DNA of 64,000 nt, taken from contig OY970194.1 in the NCBI GenBank assembly GCA_963708075.1, positions 2,240,001-2,304,000 on the forward strand, written 5' to 3'. The translations under genes and the position numbers were made by a program. The notes under the pieces are model-generated. The model made no database searches. It saw nothing but the letters and a program-made list of their open reading frames with translations, and was not told the origin of the DNA. This document shows positions 8,143-19,046 of this stretch, in pieces. How positions within the stretch are numbered: position 1 is the stretch's first letter; the number at the start of each line of letters is the position of its first letter. The stretch is from Sedimentisphaerales bacterium. GTDB lineage: Bacteria > Planctomycetota > Phycisphaerae > Sedimentisphaerales > Anaerobacaceae.

Positions 8143-10432
8143 AGCCGCGATTGAGGACAGGCCGCTGAGAATCCTCGAAGCCGTTCTGCTGGGCCTGTGC
8201 CTGTGCATCCTGGCGCTCCGCGTGACGTACACGGAAGCACCGACCGTGCTGATGAGTGCCATGATGCCGGCCAATCTTACCGACACCTTGTACAGCCTGA
8301 CCGTGTCCAGCGTGTTAGTCTTTGCATTCGTCTTCTGGCTCGCCGTGCGCGTATATCGCGGCAGGCTCACGTACAGCGTTACGGGCATGGAATTCGGGCT
8401 GGTCCTGTTTGTCCTGGCCGCAGCAATCGCCGCGGCCGGCGCTTCGGACAAGCGAGCAGCGATCAATCAGACCTTGACGCTCGTGGGCCCGCTCTTCGCC
8501 GCCCTGCTGCTGACGCAAATCTTGAGCACGGATCTGCGAATCCGGCTGGTACTGGCGGTCGTGGTCGGCCTGGGTGTCGTCTCCGCGTACCAGTGCGCCG
8601 AACAACTCTTCGTGAGTAACAAAGCCACAATTGAGCAATACGAACAGGACCCCAAGATGCTGCTCGATCCGCTTGGCATCGAGCCCGGCACGTTCCCGCA
8701 GTTTTTGTTCGAGCACCGGCTGTACTCCCGTGGCATTCGCGGCCACTTCACCACAAGCAACTCGGCCGCCTCGTTCTCCATCATGGCATCATTCGCCGCC
8801 CTTGTCCTGCTGCTCCGCCGGCGTGCGGACCACAAGGCTCACCCCGACAAGTCCTCTCCGTCGCTATTGCCTGCATTGGCCACACTTATGGTCATCGCGG
8901 GGTTGCTCCTGACAAAGAGCAAAGGGGGCATCCTGGCGTTTATCGCCGGTGCGGCCCTGTTCGTAGGACTGCTGGCCCTTCGAAGGCAGCTTGCCGCGCA
9001 TAGGCGTCTCGTGCTCGCAGTCGCCGCCCCGCTGGTCATTCTGTTGGCCGGCGTAGCGGGCTATGTCATGGTCGGCTACGGCCTCCGGCACGACTCCCTG
9101 CCCGGCGGCAACTCCATGCTCGTGCGGTGGCAGTACTGGGCGGCCTCGGCACGCATGTACGCGGATCATCCCTGGACCGGAGTCGGACTCGGCAACTTCT
9201 CGAACCACTACCCGCACTACAAGCCGGCCCCGGCGCTGGAGTCCGTTTCCGACCCGCACAACGTCGCGCTGAGCCTGCTGACCCAATGCGGCCCGCTCGG
9301 GCTGCTCGGTTTCTTCGCGATGATCTTCGTGCCCCTGTGGCGGCTCGCCGGCTCCACCGCAGGCCCGCTTGCCGAGGATGCGCATCCGCCGTCGCCCTTC
9401 CGCAGGCCGGCCCTGCAGATGTTGTTTGCGGTATTGGGTTCGATGATTGTCTTGCGGCCGATGCTGATCCCAACCATGCCGGGCGGCGGAGTGGAAGTCC
9501 TGCTGTATGAGATCATCACTTTGTATGTCGCTCCGGCCGCGGCCTTCCTCATCGGGTACACGTTGATCACGGCTCCACTGGAACAGGAGCTTCCGCCGCC
9601 ATCGGTCTTCAACCGGACAATTCTGCTCGCGGCCATGGCCAGTGCAGTTCTTGCCGTGCTGCTGCACAATCTGATCGATTTCGCCATCTTCGAGCCGGGC
9701 GTGTGGATGACTTTCTGGGTCGCGATGGCCTGCCTCGTCGCGGGCAACTCGCCGCAGCGAGCCGACGCCCCTGCGGCCAGGCAACTGCCACCCGCGTGGC
9801 GAGCCGGCATCATTGCCGGAGCTGTGCTTCTGGCGGGAGCGCACTACTTTTATGTGTGGCGGCCGGTCTGGAGCACGACGGTTAAGATGCAGAACGCTTT
9901 GCAGGCAGCCTCTGCCGGCCAGTTCGATCGGGCGCACAGCGACCTGGATGCCGCCTTCGCCGTCGATCCGCTCTCTTCCATCACGGCCAATCTCAATGGT
10001 CGGCTCTACCTCCAGCAGTACGAGACAGCCAGGCAAAAGCAGCCCGAGCTACTTGAGCAAGCCACCAGGTACCTGCGTAAGGCTATCGACGCAAATCCGG
10101 CGGACTACAGGAACTATGAGAAACTCGCGCTCGCGTACAGCCAGTGGCAGCGATGGCAGGACGCTCACGACTGGTATCTCAAGGCTGCGGAACTCTATCC
10201 CGGCTGCGAGCGGCTCTGGTTCAAACTGGGGCAGGCGGCCGACCAGCTCGGCAAATCCGACGCTGCACTCACTTATTATACAAAAGCCGTCGAAATCGAG
10301 GAGAGCTATCAGCAACAGTTCCGGCGGATGTACCCCGAGCGGCCAAAAGTGATCAGCCGCCTCGGCGACAAGGATCTGGCCATCGCCAGGAAGCGGATCG
10401 AGGAGCTGTCAAGCCAGGCGGAGAACAAGTGA
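8123..10432 (+). CDS. O-antigen ligase-family membrane protein with C-terminal TPR repeats
   Basis: LTKSKGG, R..YW...HPWTGVGLGNF, DPHN; TPR-like C-terminus. Confidence 0.88.
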   Translation: MSRKTAKAAIEDRPLRILEAVLLGLCLCILALRVTYTEAPTVLMSAMMPANLTDTLYSLTVSSVLVFAFVFWLAVRVYRGRLTYSVTGMEFGLVLFVLAAAIAAAGASDKRAAINQTLTLVGPLFAALLLTQILSTDLRIRLVLAVVVGLGVVSAYQCAEQLFVSNKATIEQYEQDPKMLLDPLGIEPGTFPQFLFEHRLYSRGIRGHFTTSNSAASFSIMASFAALVLLLRRRADHKAHPDKSSPSLLPALATLMVIAGLLLTKSKGGILAFIAGAALFVGLLALRRQLAAHRRLVLAVAAPLVILLAGVAGYVMVGYGLRHDSLPGGNSMLVRWQYWAASARMYADHPWTGVGLGNFSNHYPHYKPAPALESVSDPHNVALSLLTQCGPLGLLGFFAMIFVPLWRLAGSTAGPLAEDAHPPSPFRRPALQMLFAVLGSMIVLRPMLIPTMPGGGVEVLLYEIITLYVAPAAAFLIGYTLITAPLEQELPPPSVFNRTILLAAMASAVLAVLLHNLIDFAIFEPGVWMTFWVAMACLVAGNSPQRADAPAARQLPPAWRAGIIAGAVLLAGAHYFYVWRPVWSTTVKMQNALQAASAGQFDRAHSDLDAAFAVDPLSSITANLNGRLYLQQYETARQKQPELLEQATRYLRKAIDANPADYRNYEKLALAYSQWQRWQDAHDWYLKAAELYPGCERLWFKLGQAADQLGKSDAALTYYTKAVEIEESYQQQFRRMYPERPKVISRLGDKDLAIARKRIEELSSQAENK

Positions 10433-10446
10433 TGTGAACGCATGCT

Positions 10447-10525
10447 GGGCGCCATGGTTACGTTTGCGTAAGTATGCTACACCCATCAAAACAAACATGT
10501 CCACGCAAGCGTGGACATGGTACCT
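10447..10525. repeat. Degenerate inverted GGGTGCCATG-type REP pair between convergent genes
   Basis: GGGCGCCATGGTTACGTTTGCGTAAG...CATGTCCACGCAAGCGTGGACATGGTACC. Confidence 0.7.
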
Positions 10526-10614
10526 GTGGCAATTCATTCCCTGGGAGTAACGCAACGGCGAAGCGATCCTGCCATATCGAAGTGGATCGCAAAGCCACTG
10601 CAGGGTCCAGGCAG

Positions 10615-11366
10615 TTACACGGAGACCTTCGCCATCACCTCTTCGGGGATATCGAAGTTCGCGTAGGCGTTCTGCACATCGTCGTGGTCCTCGAAGGCCT
10701 CCATGAGCGAGATGACCTTCCTGGCCGTATTCTCATCCGCGATGCTGACCGTCGCCTGAGGGATCTTGGCGACTTCCGCCGTCTCGATCGGAATCCCCTT
10801 CTCTTCCAGGGCCTTCTTCAATCCCTCATATGCGGCGGGTTCACTGGTGATCTCGTAGAACTTGCCCGTGTTCAGCATGTCCTCGGCCCCCGCGCCAGGA
10901 CGAGCTCCATCAGGTCATCCTCGCCAACTTTGTCCGTGGGAACCGTGATCATGCCCTTCTGCTTGAAGGTCCAGCTCACGCAGCCGGGAGTGCCGAGCGA
11001 GCCCCCGTGCTTTTCGAAGACCCGCTTGATCTCCGGGCCGGTGCGGTTGCGGTTATCCGTCAACACTTCCACAACGATGGCGACGCCGCTTGGCCCGTAG
11101 CCTTCGTACTGGATCGACTCGAAGTTGACCCCTTCGACACCGCCGGTGCCGCGCTTGATCGCCTTCTCGATGGTGTCCTTGGGCATGTTGGCCGCCTTGG
11201 CCTTGTCGATCGCGTAGCGCAGCGTCATGTTCATCCCCGGATCGCCGCCGCCGCTCTTGGCCGCGACAATGATCGCCCTCGCCAGCTTGCTCCACAGCTT
11301 GCCTCGCTTGGCATCAAGTGCGCCTTTCTTATGCTTGATGGTCGCCCAATGTGAATGACCTGACAT
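10615..11366 (-). CDS. yebC: YebC/PmpR-family protein, split by a 1-nt frameshift near 10890 (likely sequencing error)
   Basis: [30 protein letters not shown] in ORF 10872..11366; [12 protein letters not shown] in ORF 10615..10878. Confidence 0.9.
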
Positions 11367-11606
11367 TGTATCTCCTTAACTATCCGTGACGGGGTAACCC
11401 CAACCTATCATTTGTAACGCTGTATTATACCTTTCCTCCGGTCAATACATAGCGAATTTTCACCGAATCCGAGCGGCCGGGATTGCACGCAGGCCACCGG
11501 CCCGGCGAAATCGCCAATTGCTTTTCCCACAAGTATTTACGTTCGCTCCCCCCTTGCAGGATCGTTGAATCCCGGCAAAATTCGCACCCTGCCTCAGCCA
11601 CGCGCA

Positions 11607-11994
11607 TTACATGTAGTCGACCAGCCTGCTGATGCGGTCGTCGCAAAGCGTGAAGAAGGAGGCGCCGCGGAGTCTGAGTTCCTGGCCGGCCTTCCTGCCG
11701 TCCGGCAGGTCCTTCGCCAATCGGCACCAGTAGTCGATCTCCACAGCAACATGCCCCTCGTCGATCACCCAGGCGGTCGGCGTCTGCCGCCTCTGCTCGA
11801 ACCATTCGACGCTCATCCTCGCAAGCCGGCCCAGCTCCTCCCTGCCGGCGGTCCGAATCACGCCCGTCGTATTCGGAGACCGATTCAAAGACCGCATCCT
11901 CTGTGAAGAGCCCCACCATGCCATCGACATCTTTGTCGTTGTAGCAGCGCAGGTACCGCTCGATGAGCTCTCGATTGGCAGGATCCATGCCCAT
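11607..11994 (-). CDS. SnoaL/NTF2-like protein, frameshifted near 11875
   Basis: N-half ERYLRCYNDKDVDGMVGLFTEDAVFESVS joins, in another frame, NTTG...LRGASFF....ISRLVDY. Confidence 0.75.
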
Positions 11995-12033
11995 CCCTCC
12001 AAGTTCAGCCGGATAAGGCCGGCCCCTTCCGAC

Positions 12034-12642
12034 TCAATCCGCCTTCAACAGCCGGGTGGCCCAGGCGGCTTTGTCCACGCGCGGAGGCTTCCACACGGCC
12101 AGCTTATCCAGCAGCGCCTCCGGCGAATCATCGACCAGCAGCAGCGTTCGGTGAACAGTGTCGATGAACTGCTGCTCCACGGCATGATCGATAAACCGGA
12201 TCAGGTGGTCGAAGTAACCTTTGACATTGAGCAGGCCACACGGCTTTGTGTGCAGACCGAGCTGCGCCCACGTCAGGGCCTCGAAGAACTCCTCCGCCGT
12301 GCCGAACCCGCCGGGCATCGCAACGAAGCCGTCCGCCAGGTCGGCCATCATGGCCTTGCGGGCGTGCATCGTCTCGACCACGCGCAATGACGTTGCCGTC
12401 TTCAGTCCAAGCCCTCTGTCCATCAAATCCTTCGGAATCACGCCGATGACCTCGCCGCCACGTTGCAGGACCGTCTCGGCCAGGACGCCCATCAACCCGA
12501 TCCTTCCACCGCCGAAGACCAGGCCGAAGCTCCGTTCGACCAACGCACGCCCCAAAGCGCGGGCCGCCTCTGCATACTCGTCGCGCCCGCCTGCGCCACT
12601 GCCGCAATACACACATATCCGTCTCAGCATAATGTCTCTCAT
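12034..12642 (-). CDS. LOG-family (TIGR00730) nucleotide phosphoribohydrolase
   Basis: ICVYCGS, GGG..GLMG, MHARK, PGGFGT.EE motifs. Confidence 0.93.
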   Translation of the reverse strand: MRDIMLRRICVYCGSGAGGRDEYAEAARALGRALVERSFGLVFGGGRIGLMGVLAETVLQRGGEVIGVIPKDLMDRGLGLKTATSLRVVETMHARKAMMADLADGFVAMPGGFGTAEEFFEALTWAQLGLHTKPCGLLNVKGYFDHLIRFIDHAVEQQFIDTVHRTLLLVDDSPEALLDKLAVWKPPRVDKAAWATRLLKAD

Positions 12643-12837
12643 ATGCGGGATCAGCTATCCATGTTCACCTGTGACCTGCACGAGGATAGTGCAAATCAGC
12701 TCGCTTTTCCACAACAAGTCCCCCCGCCGCTTCACGAACGGCAATGGCAAACAGGATTTGCATTCTTGCGGGTCTGACTCTTACAATAGCATCATGTGGC
12801 CAGAGGCCGGTGTTCAAGATGGCACTGGAGAACCAAG

Positions 12838-13710
12838 ATGAATCCGGAAATTTACTCGACACCGTTTCACTCCATCAATGTCCGGCTCCTTTGGGCGGCA
12901 GGCTGCCTTCTCTTGATCACTGGGTGCACGACACACCCGGCGGCGAAGCCCACGCGTATTTACATCATGACCGATCTGGAGGGGGCGAGCGGCGTGTACC
13001 AGTTCGCGCAGACGCGCGAGCCGGGCCCGCTGAATGACAAGGCGAAGGAGTACCTGATGGGCGACATCGCGGCCGTGGTTCGTGGGCTGCGGGCGGGCGG
13101 CGCGACCGATATCGTGGTGCTGGACGGTCATGGGCCCGGAGCGTTTGTCCCAGCCCTGATGGAGCCGGGCGCCAAATACATCACGGGCAAACCCCGTTCC
13201 GGCTGGCTGACGGATCTCGACAGCTCGTTCGCCGGCGTGGTCCAGCTCGGCGCCCACGCGATGATGGGAACACCGGACGGAGTGCTCTGCCATACCCAAT
13301 CCTCGCGCACGGAGAATCGCTACTGGTACAATGGCGTGGAATCCGGCGAGTTGGCTCAATGTGCGGCCGTCGCCGGGGGCTACGCCATTCCGACGATCCT
13401 GGTGACAGGCGATGAGGCGACCTGTCGCGAAGCCTGTAAATTCTTCGGGTCCGAGTGTGTCACGGTGGCCGTCAAACGGGGCATCTCGCGCGAGGCGGCC
13501 GAACTCTATCCGTTCGAGCAGACACGTCGGGCTCTCTACGAGGGCGCCAGGCGAGCCGTGTCTGCCATCCCACGCTGCCGGCCCTACAAACTCTCTCTTC
13601 CTATCCAGGCGAAAAAGGAGTATCTGGTCTTTGAGAATCCCTCCGGGTCAAGCCGCCGGGTCAGTAAGGAAGGCACCATCGACGACGTCCTGAAGCTGCT
13701 GGATTTCTAA
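12838..13710 (+). CDS. M55-family D-aminopeptidase (DppA-like), possible lipoprotein
   Basis: IYIMTDLEGASG, DGHG, G.HA, L.HT, VTGD motifs; LITGC lipobox-like. Confidence 0.85.
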   Translation: MNPEIYSTPFHSINVRLLWAAGCLLLITGCTTHPAAKPTRIYIMTDLEGASGVYQFAQTREPGPLNDKAKEYLMGDIAAVVRGLRAGGATDIVVLDGHGPGAFVPALMEPGAKYITGKPRSGWLTDLDSSFAGVVQLGAHAMMGTPDGVLCHTQSSRTENRYWYNGVESGELAQCAAVAGGYAIPTILVTGDEATCREACKFFGSECVTVAVKRGISREAAELYPFEQTRRALYEGARRAVSAIPRCRPYKLSLPIQAKKEYLVFENPSGSSRRVSKEGTIDDVLKLLDF

Positions 13711-16700
13711 AGCGCGGCGGCCCCGGAGGCCCCCTGGTCCGGGACAGCAATCAGAATCCGGCTGCCCATGCCCGGCGTGCTCCGGATCTTCATCCGGCCA
13801 CCCAGCAGTCGGACGCGCTCGCGGATGCTGAGCAGTCCGACTCCGGCTGCCCCTTCGAGTCCTTGTGGGTCGAACCCCCGTCCCTGGTCGACTACCGACA
13901 GGTAGATGCTTTGTCCCATGCGTCGCACACGGACCCTGGCCTCGCGGACCCCCGCGTGCTTAACGACGTTGAACAGCAGCTCCTGAGCCACTTTGTACAG
14001 GAAGGCCTTCACCGGCTCTGAGGGTGAATCGACCTGGCCGTGAGCTTCCACGCGGACGATCAAGCCGTGTTTTTGCTCCATGTGACGGGCCAGCCACTCC
14101 AGGATCTCCGTCAGCTCGACCTGGTATATCGCCGGGCTGAGCTCGTGGGACAGACTGCGTGACCTCTCGATCGCGTCCCTGAGCAACTGTCTGACCTGCT
14201 GGATGATTCGCTGGGATTCTTCGGCACTGTATGTCCCACTGCACAGCAGATTCAGGTGGAACCTGGCCGCCGCCAGCATCTGCTGCACGTCCTCGTGGAG
14301 AATATCGGCAATGCGTTTGCGCTCGCGGTCTTCGGCCTGCGACAACTCCAACGTGAGTTGTCGCAGCCGGTCTACCGTACGGCGGAGGGCCTCCGTGCGC
14401 TGGGCGACCTGCAGCTCCAGTCGCTCATTCAAGCTGCGCAGCGCCTCCTCGGCCTGCTTGCGATCTGTGACATCCTGTATGTGCGTGACACAATAAAGCG
14501 CCCGGCCATTGGCATCGCGCACCGAGGCCGTGTTCATGTCGCCCCAGACGACGGCGCCGTCTTTTCGGATGTAGCGTTTCTCCATGCGGAAGGAGGATAT
14601 CTCGCCGCAGGCCAGCCGCCGGGTCCCGACGAGGTTCGCGGCGACATCGTCGGGATGGGTGATCTCGGTGAAGGACCGCCCGACGAGTTCCGACTCGCTG
14701 AACCCGAGCATCCGGCAGAAGGAGGAATTGACCTTCAACAGCGTCGAGTCCAACGCGGTCAATGCCATGCCCACCGCGCCCTCCTCGAAGGCGGCGCGGA
14801 AACGCTCCTCGCTCTCGCGCAGCGCTTCCTCCGCCCGTTTGCGTTCGGTGATATCTCTGAAGCCCACGATTCTCGCATTGCGCCCCTGGAACCGGCAGGA
14901 AGCCCCAAAGGACTCCACTTTCACGATGCGTCCATCTCGGTGCCGGAACTCGATCTCGAAGTACCCGGTCGCCCCGGAACGGATGTATTGCCGGATGCGC
15001 TCTTGCGATTCGGGGACGAACATGTCAATGGGCCTGGAGCCCATCAGCTCCTCGCGGGTGTATCCCGTCATCTCGGCCAAGCGGTCATTCAGTTGAACGA
15101 TCTGGAAGTCCTCATGCACGAGAATGCCGTCAAAACCGTGCTCCAGCAGAATCCGATACCGTTCCTCGCTCTCCAATAAGGCGGCCTGTGCCTGCTTCTG
15201 CTGCGTGATGTCCTGCACAGTGCCAACGAGCCGGACAGGTCTGTTGCCGTCGGCAAAGATCAACTCGCCTCGCCCGCTTAACACGCGGATGGAGCCGTCC
15301 GGAAAGATCACGCGAAACTCCATGGCCTCGGTATGCTCACCCGTCGCCATGGCTCTCATGGACTCACGCATCGCGTCGCGATCGTCAGGGTGCAGCAGGG
15401 CGATCATGGTGTCTGCGGAAGGCACGAACGCGTCCGGGGAGACTCCGAAGAGCCGATAGGTTTCACTGGTCCAGGTGACGGCATCGGTCGCCAGATCCAC
15501 ACTCCAGGTTCCGATGTGGCCGATCCGCTGCGACTCGGACAGGAGATGTTCTTTTTCCCGCAGCGCTTCCTCCGCCTGCTTGCGTTCGGTAATGTCCAAG
15601 GCCGTACCGATGTAGCCGCGCGATTCGCCTCCAGGTCCCAGCAGGGGCACAGCCGTGTCGATGACCCAGCGGTAGTCCCCCCGGCGGTTGCGGATACGAT
15701 ATTCGATGGAATAGCGATCCCCTCGCTCGATGGCAGACTGCATGGCTGTCACAACGCGGTCCCGGTCCTCCGGGTACACCTCGTCGGCCCAGTTCCAGCC
15801 GGCTTCCTCCTCAAGGGTCCTTCCTCGGAAGTCAAGCCACGCCTGGTTCAGAAAGGTGATTTCCCCCTTCTCGTTCGTGACCCCGATCATGATCGGGGCC
15901 TGGTCGGCCATGGCCCGAAACTTCTCTTCGCTCACTCGCAGCGACTCCTCCGCCCGCTTGCGTTCGGTGATGTCCCGGGCGAAGGCGCAGTCGTACTCGC
16001 GGCCGCCGAACTCCAGGTAATTCGCTCTGATTTCGACGGGATAGATCTTCCCGTCCCTAGCCTGATGGACCGTCTCAAAGACGATGCTCTTTTCCTTCTT
16101 GAGCCGGCGCCAGCTATCGGCCCACATGCTCTGCGTAAATGCCGGGTCGATATCATATACCGTCATCTTCAGCAGCTCATCGCGGGAATAGCCCAATGCC
16201 TGGCAGGCCGCTTCGTTCACGTAGAAGAACCCCGCATCTTTGGTCATCCAGAATGCGGCATCTGCCGTGTGATCCACGGCAAACTGGGTGAACTGCAGCG
16301 ACTCCTCCGCCCGCTTGCGCTCGGTGATGTCGTGGACCATGCCAAAGGAGCGGATGATCCGGCCGGATGCATCGCGGATGTGTTCACACTTCTCATGAAC
16401 GATGCGGATCTCGCCGGTGGACCTCCTGACGACACGGTGTTCGATCTCATAGGTGTCTCGTCCCTCGCGCAGCGAGCTGGAATAGGCGGCGTCCACCGCA
16501 TCGCGATCATCCGGATGCACATAGGTCAGGAAGGCTTCATAGGAAGCGCCGAATTCCTGCGGCTGCAGACCGAAGATCCGATACACCTCATCGGACCAGG
16601 ACAAATGATCGTTCGTCAGATCGAGCTCCCAGCTTCCGAGATGGGCGATCTCCTGCGCCCGCTTCAACCGTTGCTCGCTTTCTCGCAGCGCCTCCTCCGC

Positions 16701-18788
16701 CCCCTTGCGCTCGGTGATGTCCTGGGCCACGCCCTCTACAGCAATCACCCTGCCCTCCGCGTCAAGAACCGGCACTTCCTGTACCTCCAGCCACCGGCTC
16801 GATCCGTCCTTGTGCCAAATGTTGACCTCGTAGGGCGGCTGACGAATCCCTTGAAGGGTCAGTTCGGTATGCCGGCGTGCAGCCTGATTGGCAGGATGAT
16901 CTGTGAAGTATTTGCCATAATGAGGCATGCCTTCATCCAGCGTATAACCGAGGACCTCAGTGACCGACTCACTCACGTATGTAAGCATTCCCTTCGTGTC
17001 GTGCACGTAGATGAAATGAGACCCCTTGAGGTTCTCGATCAACCGCCGGTACCGCTGCTCGCTCTCCCGCAGCGCCTCCTCCGCCCGCTTGCGCGAGGTC
17101 ACGTCGCGGTCGATGCCCGTATACCCCAGGAAGGATCCGTCTTCTGCGAACATCGGCATGCCGCTGGTCTCGACGGCGACCAGAACGCCATCCTTCCGCA
17201 CGAGCGTGTTCTCGAGCAGCTCCAGGGGCTTCCGCGCGAGATAGATGGGGCGGAAGGCGTTCCTGACCCGCTGTGCTTCGGCGGGCGGCATGAAGTCGAA
17301 GGGCGTTTTTCCCACGATCTCCTCGGGCGCGTACCCCAGCAGTTCCAGCGAGCGAGGGCTCGAGTAGGTGTATACACCGTTCGCATCGATCTCCCAGACC
17401 CAGTCGTTGATCTTCTCCACCAGCCCGCGGTATTTCTTGCGGCTCTCGGCCAGCGCCTCTTCCGCCCGCTTGCGCTCGGTGATGTCCTGGACCGTCCCAT
17501 GCATCATGACAGGCCGCCCATCGCTGCTCCGCAGGACCTGCGCCTGTGCGTGAATCACCCTCTCTCGGCCGTCCGGCAGTGTGATTCGATAGTCCAGATC
17601 GTAGTCCCTGGTGCCGCTCAAGGCGTCGGCCAGAGCGTGATCGACGCGATGTCGGTCCTCCGGAACGATTCTTGAGAGGAAGTCCTCGCGATGCTGCTGA
17701 AGCGGCCCGCGAGCAATGCCGAAAATCCGGAACGTCTCCTCCGACCAACTGGCCGTGTCCTCGCCAACGCTCCACTGCCAGGAGCCGATGTGAGCCAGGC
17801 GCTGGGCGGCGACCAGCCCTGCCTCACTTTCCTGCAGCTCCCTCGTTCGTGCTTCGACCAACTCCTCCAAATGCTCCGCGTGCTGCCGGAGTTCCTCCTC
17901 CATCCGCTTACGCGCCGTGATATCGGAGAATATGCCGTGGGCATACCACTGTCCATCCTTCTCGTAGCTCGACACCGACCGGTCGTGCAGCCAGATCCAG
18001 GCCCCGTCCTTGCGCCGGATTCTGTATTCGACGTCATACTTCTTGTTCTTCGTGAACAGCTCGTGAAAGGCCTCTTCCATGCGCGGCCGGTCGTCGGGAT
18101 GAACGTTTCCCAGCCAGGTATCGCTCGCGGCGTAAATCTCCTCGGCAGAGTACCCATAGACGTCCATTACGTTCGGGCTGATGAACAGCGTGCGTCCCTG
18201 CCGATCCGTCGTCCACGTGACGTCGGGGATGTTCTCCACCAGGGAACGGTATTTCCGCTCACTCTCGGCCAGCGACTCCTCCGCCCGCTTGCGCTCGGTG
18301 ATATCCTTCAGGGCGACCAGCATATGTCGTCTGCCGTCGAGCAGCACCAGGTTGGGGCTCACATCGGCAAAAAGGATGCTCCCATCCTTTCGCTTGAATC
18401 GGATATCACAACGGACCGGCTTGCCCCCTTTGAGGAATTCCTCGATTTGCGCGTAGATAAAAGGAAGGTCCGCTTCGGGATGGATATCCGCGACGCTAAG
18501 CGTCATGAGCTCTTCCTCGGTATAGCCCAGCATCTGCGAGCAGGACTTGTTGCATATCGTGAGTCTCCGGGTTTCCAAATCGTGCAGAAAGATCCCGTCG
18601 CTGGTGTTGTCGAAGATCGTCTTGAATCTTTGTTCCGCCTCGCGCAGTGATTTCTCGGCTTCCGCGTTCACCGGCTCTTTGATCCGGCGGGCGAGCCGTG
18701 GCTGCGATTTGTTTGGGTGCAATCGCTCTGCATTCCGGCTTGGCCGGCGTATGTTCTCGCTCGTTCTGGACTTCCGGCTCCTGACCAT
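13707..18788 (-). CDS. Large cytoplasmic multi-PAS sensor histidine kinase (HisKA_3 type); start uncertain
   Basis: 11 PAS/PAC units ending in D[IV]T..K; ERKRIADILHEDVQQ H-box; ELLFNVVKHA, DQGRGF, GVGL. Confidence 0.93.
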   Translation of the reverse strand: MVRSRKSRTSENIRRPSRNAERLHPNKSQPRLARRIKEPVNAEAEKSLREAEQRFKTIFDNTSDGIFLHDLETRRLTICNKSCSQMLGYTEEELMTLSVADIHPEADLPFIYAQIEEFLKGGKPVRCDIRFKRKDGSILFADVSPNLVLLDGRRHMLVALKDITERKRAEESLAESERKYRSLVENIPDVTWTTDRQGRTLFISPNVMDVYGYSAEEIYAASDTWLGNVHPDDRPRMEEAFHELFTKNKKYDVEYRIRRKDGAWIWLHDRSVSSYEKDGQWYAHGIFSDITARKRMEEELRQHAEHLEELVEARTRELQESEAGLVAAQRLAHIGSWQWSVGEDTASWSEETFRIFGIARGPLQQHREDFLSRIVPEDRHRVDHALADALSGTRDYDLDYRITLPDGRERVIHAQAQVLRSSDGRPVMMHGTVQDITERKRAEEALAESRKKYRGLVEKINDWVWEIDANGVYTYSSPRSLELLGYAPEEIVGKTPFDFMPPAEAQRVRNAFRPIYLARKPLELLENTLVRKDGVLVAVETSGMPMFAEDGSFLGYTGIDRDVTSRKRAEEALRESEQRYRRLIENLKGSHFIYVHDTKGMLTYVSESVTEVLGYTLDEGMPHYGKYFTDHPANQAARRHTELTLQGIRQPPYEVNIWHKDGSSRWLEVQEVPVLDAEGRVIAVEGVAQDITERKGAEEALRESEQRLKRAQEIAHLGSWELDLTNDHLSWSDEVYRIFGLQPQEFGASYEAFLTYVHPDDRDAVDAAYSSSLREGRDTYEIEHRVVRRSTGEIRIVHEKCEHIRDASGRIIRSFGMVHDITERKRAEESLQFTQFAVDHTADAAFWMTKDAGFFYVNEAACQALGYSRDELLKMTVYDIDPAFTQSMWADSWRRLKKEKSIVFETVHQARDGKIYPVEIRANYLEFGGREYDCAFARDITERKRAEESLRVSEEKFRAMADQAPIMIGVTNEKGEITFLNQAWLDFRGRTLEEEAGWNWADEVYPEDRDRVVTAMQSAIERGDRYSIEYRIRNRRGDYRWVIDTAVPLLGPGGESRGYIGTALDITERKQAEEALREKEHLLSESQRIGHIGTWSVDLATDAVTWTSETYRLFGVSPDAFVPSADTMIALLHPDDRDAMRESMRAMATGEHTEAMEFRVIFPDGSIRVLSGRGELIFADGNRPVRLVGTVQDITQQKQAQAALLESEERYRILLEHGFDGILVHEDFQIVQLNDRLAEMTGYTREELMGSRPIDMFVPESQERIRQYIRSGATGYFEIEFRHRDGRIVKVESFGASCRFQGRNARIVGFRDITERKRAEEALRESEERFRAAFEEGAVGMALTALDSTLLKVNSSFCRMLGFSESELVGRSFTEITHPDDVAANLVGTRRLACGEISSFRMEKRYIRKDGAVVWGDMNTASVRDANGRALYCVTHIQDVTDRKQAEEALRSLNERLELQVAQRTEALRRTVDRLRQLTLELSQAEDRERKRIADILHEDVQQMLAAARFHLNLLCSGTYSAEESQRIIQQVRQLLRDAIERSRSLSHELSPAIYQVELTEILEWLARHMEQKHGLIVRVEAHGQVDSPSEPVKAFLYKVAQELLFNVVKHAGVREARVRVRRMGQSIYLSVVDQGRGFDPQGLEGAAGVGLLSIRERVRLLGGRMKIRSTPGMGSRILIAVPDQGASGAAAL

Positions 18789-19046
18789 AACACGATTCCC
18801 CGGGCACTTGGCGAAACGGAGGAATTCCTTTGCAAAGCTCAAAGCGATCGAAAGCAAATTCTCATAATGCGGGCATCTCTTGTACGTCTCTTGTACAAGA
18901 ATACTGAGGAATTGTCGGGGTGTTCTTCAGGAAATCCCTTGCCTCCCCGCGGCTCATTTCGAGCGCACTTCACCTGTCTGACGCCGCGCGCCTCAACCAT
19001 CATATGCCCGGATTCGCAGGTGCAAAAGACGCAGTAGCAACCGCGA

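Noticed and set aside
10872..10900. Programmed frameshift or true pseudogene in yebC
   Set aside because: No slippery heptamer is visible and several neighbouring genes carry similar single indels, so sequencing error is more parsimonious.
15333..17675. Long antisense ORFs (also 48061..50196, 54901..56634, 8864..10036)
   Set aside because: They mirror well-supported genes on the opposite strand, which is typical of high-GC codon bias.
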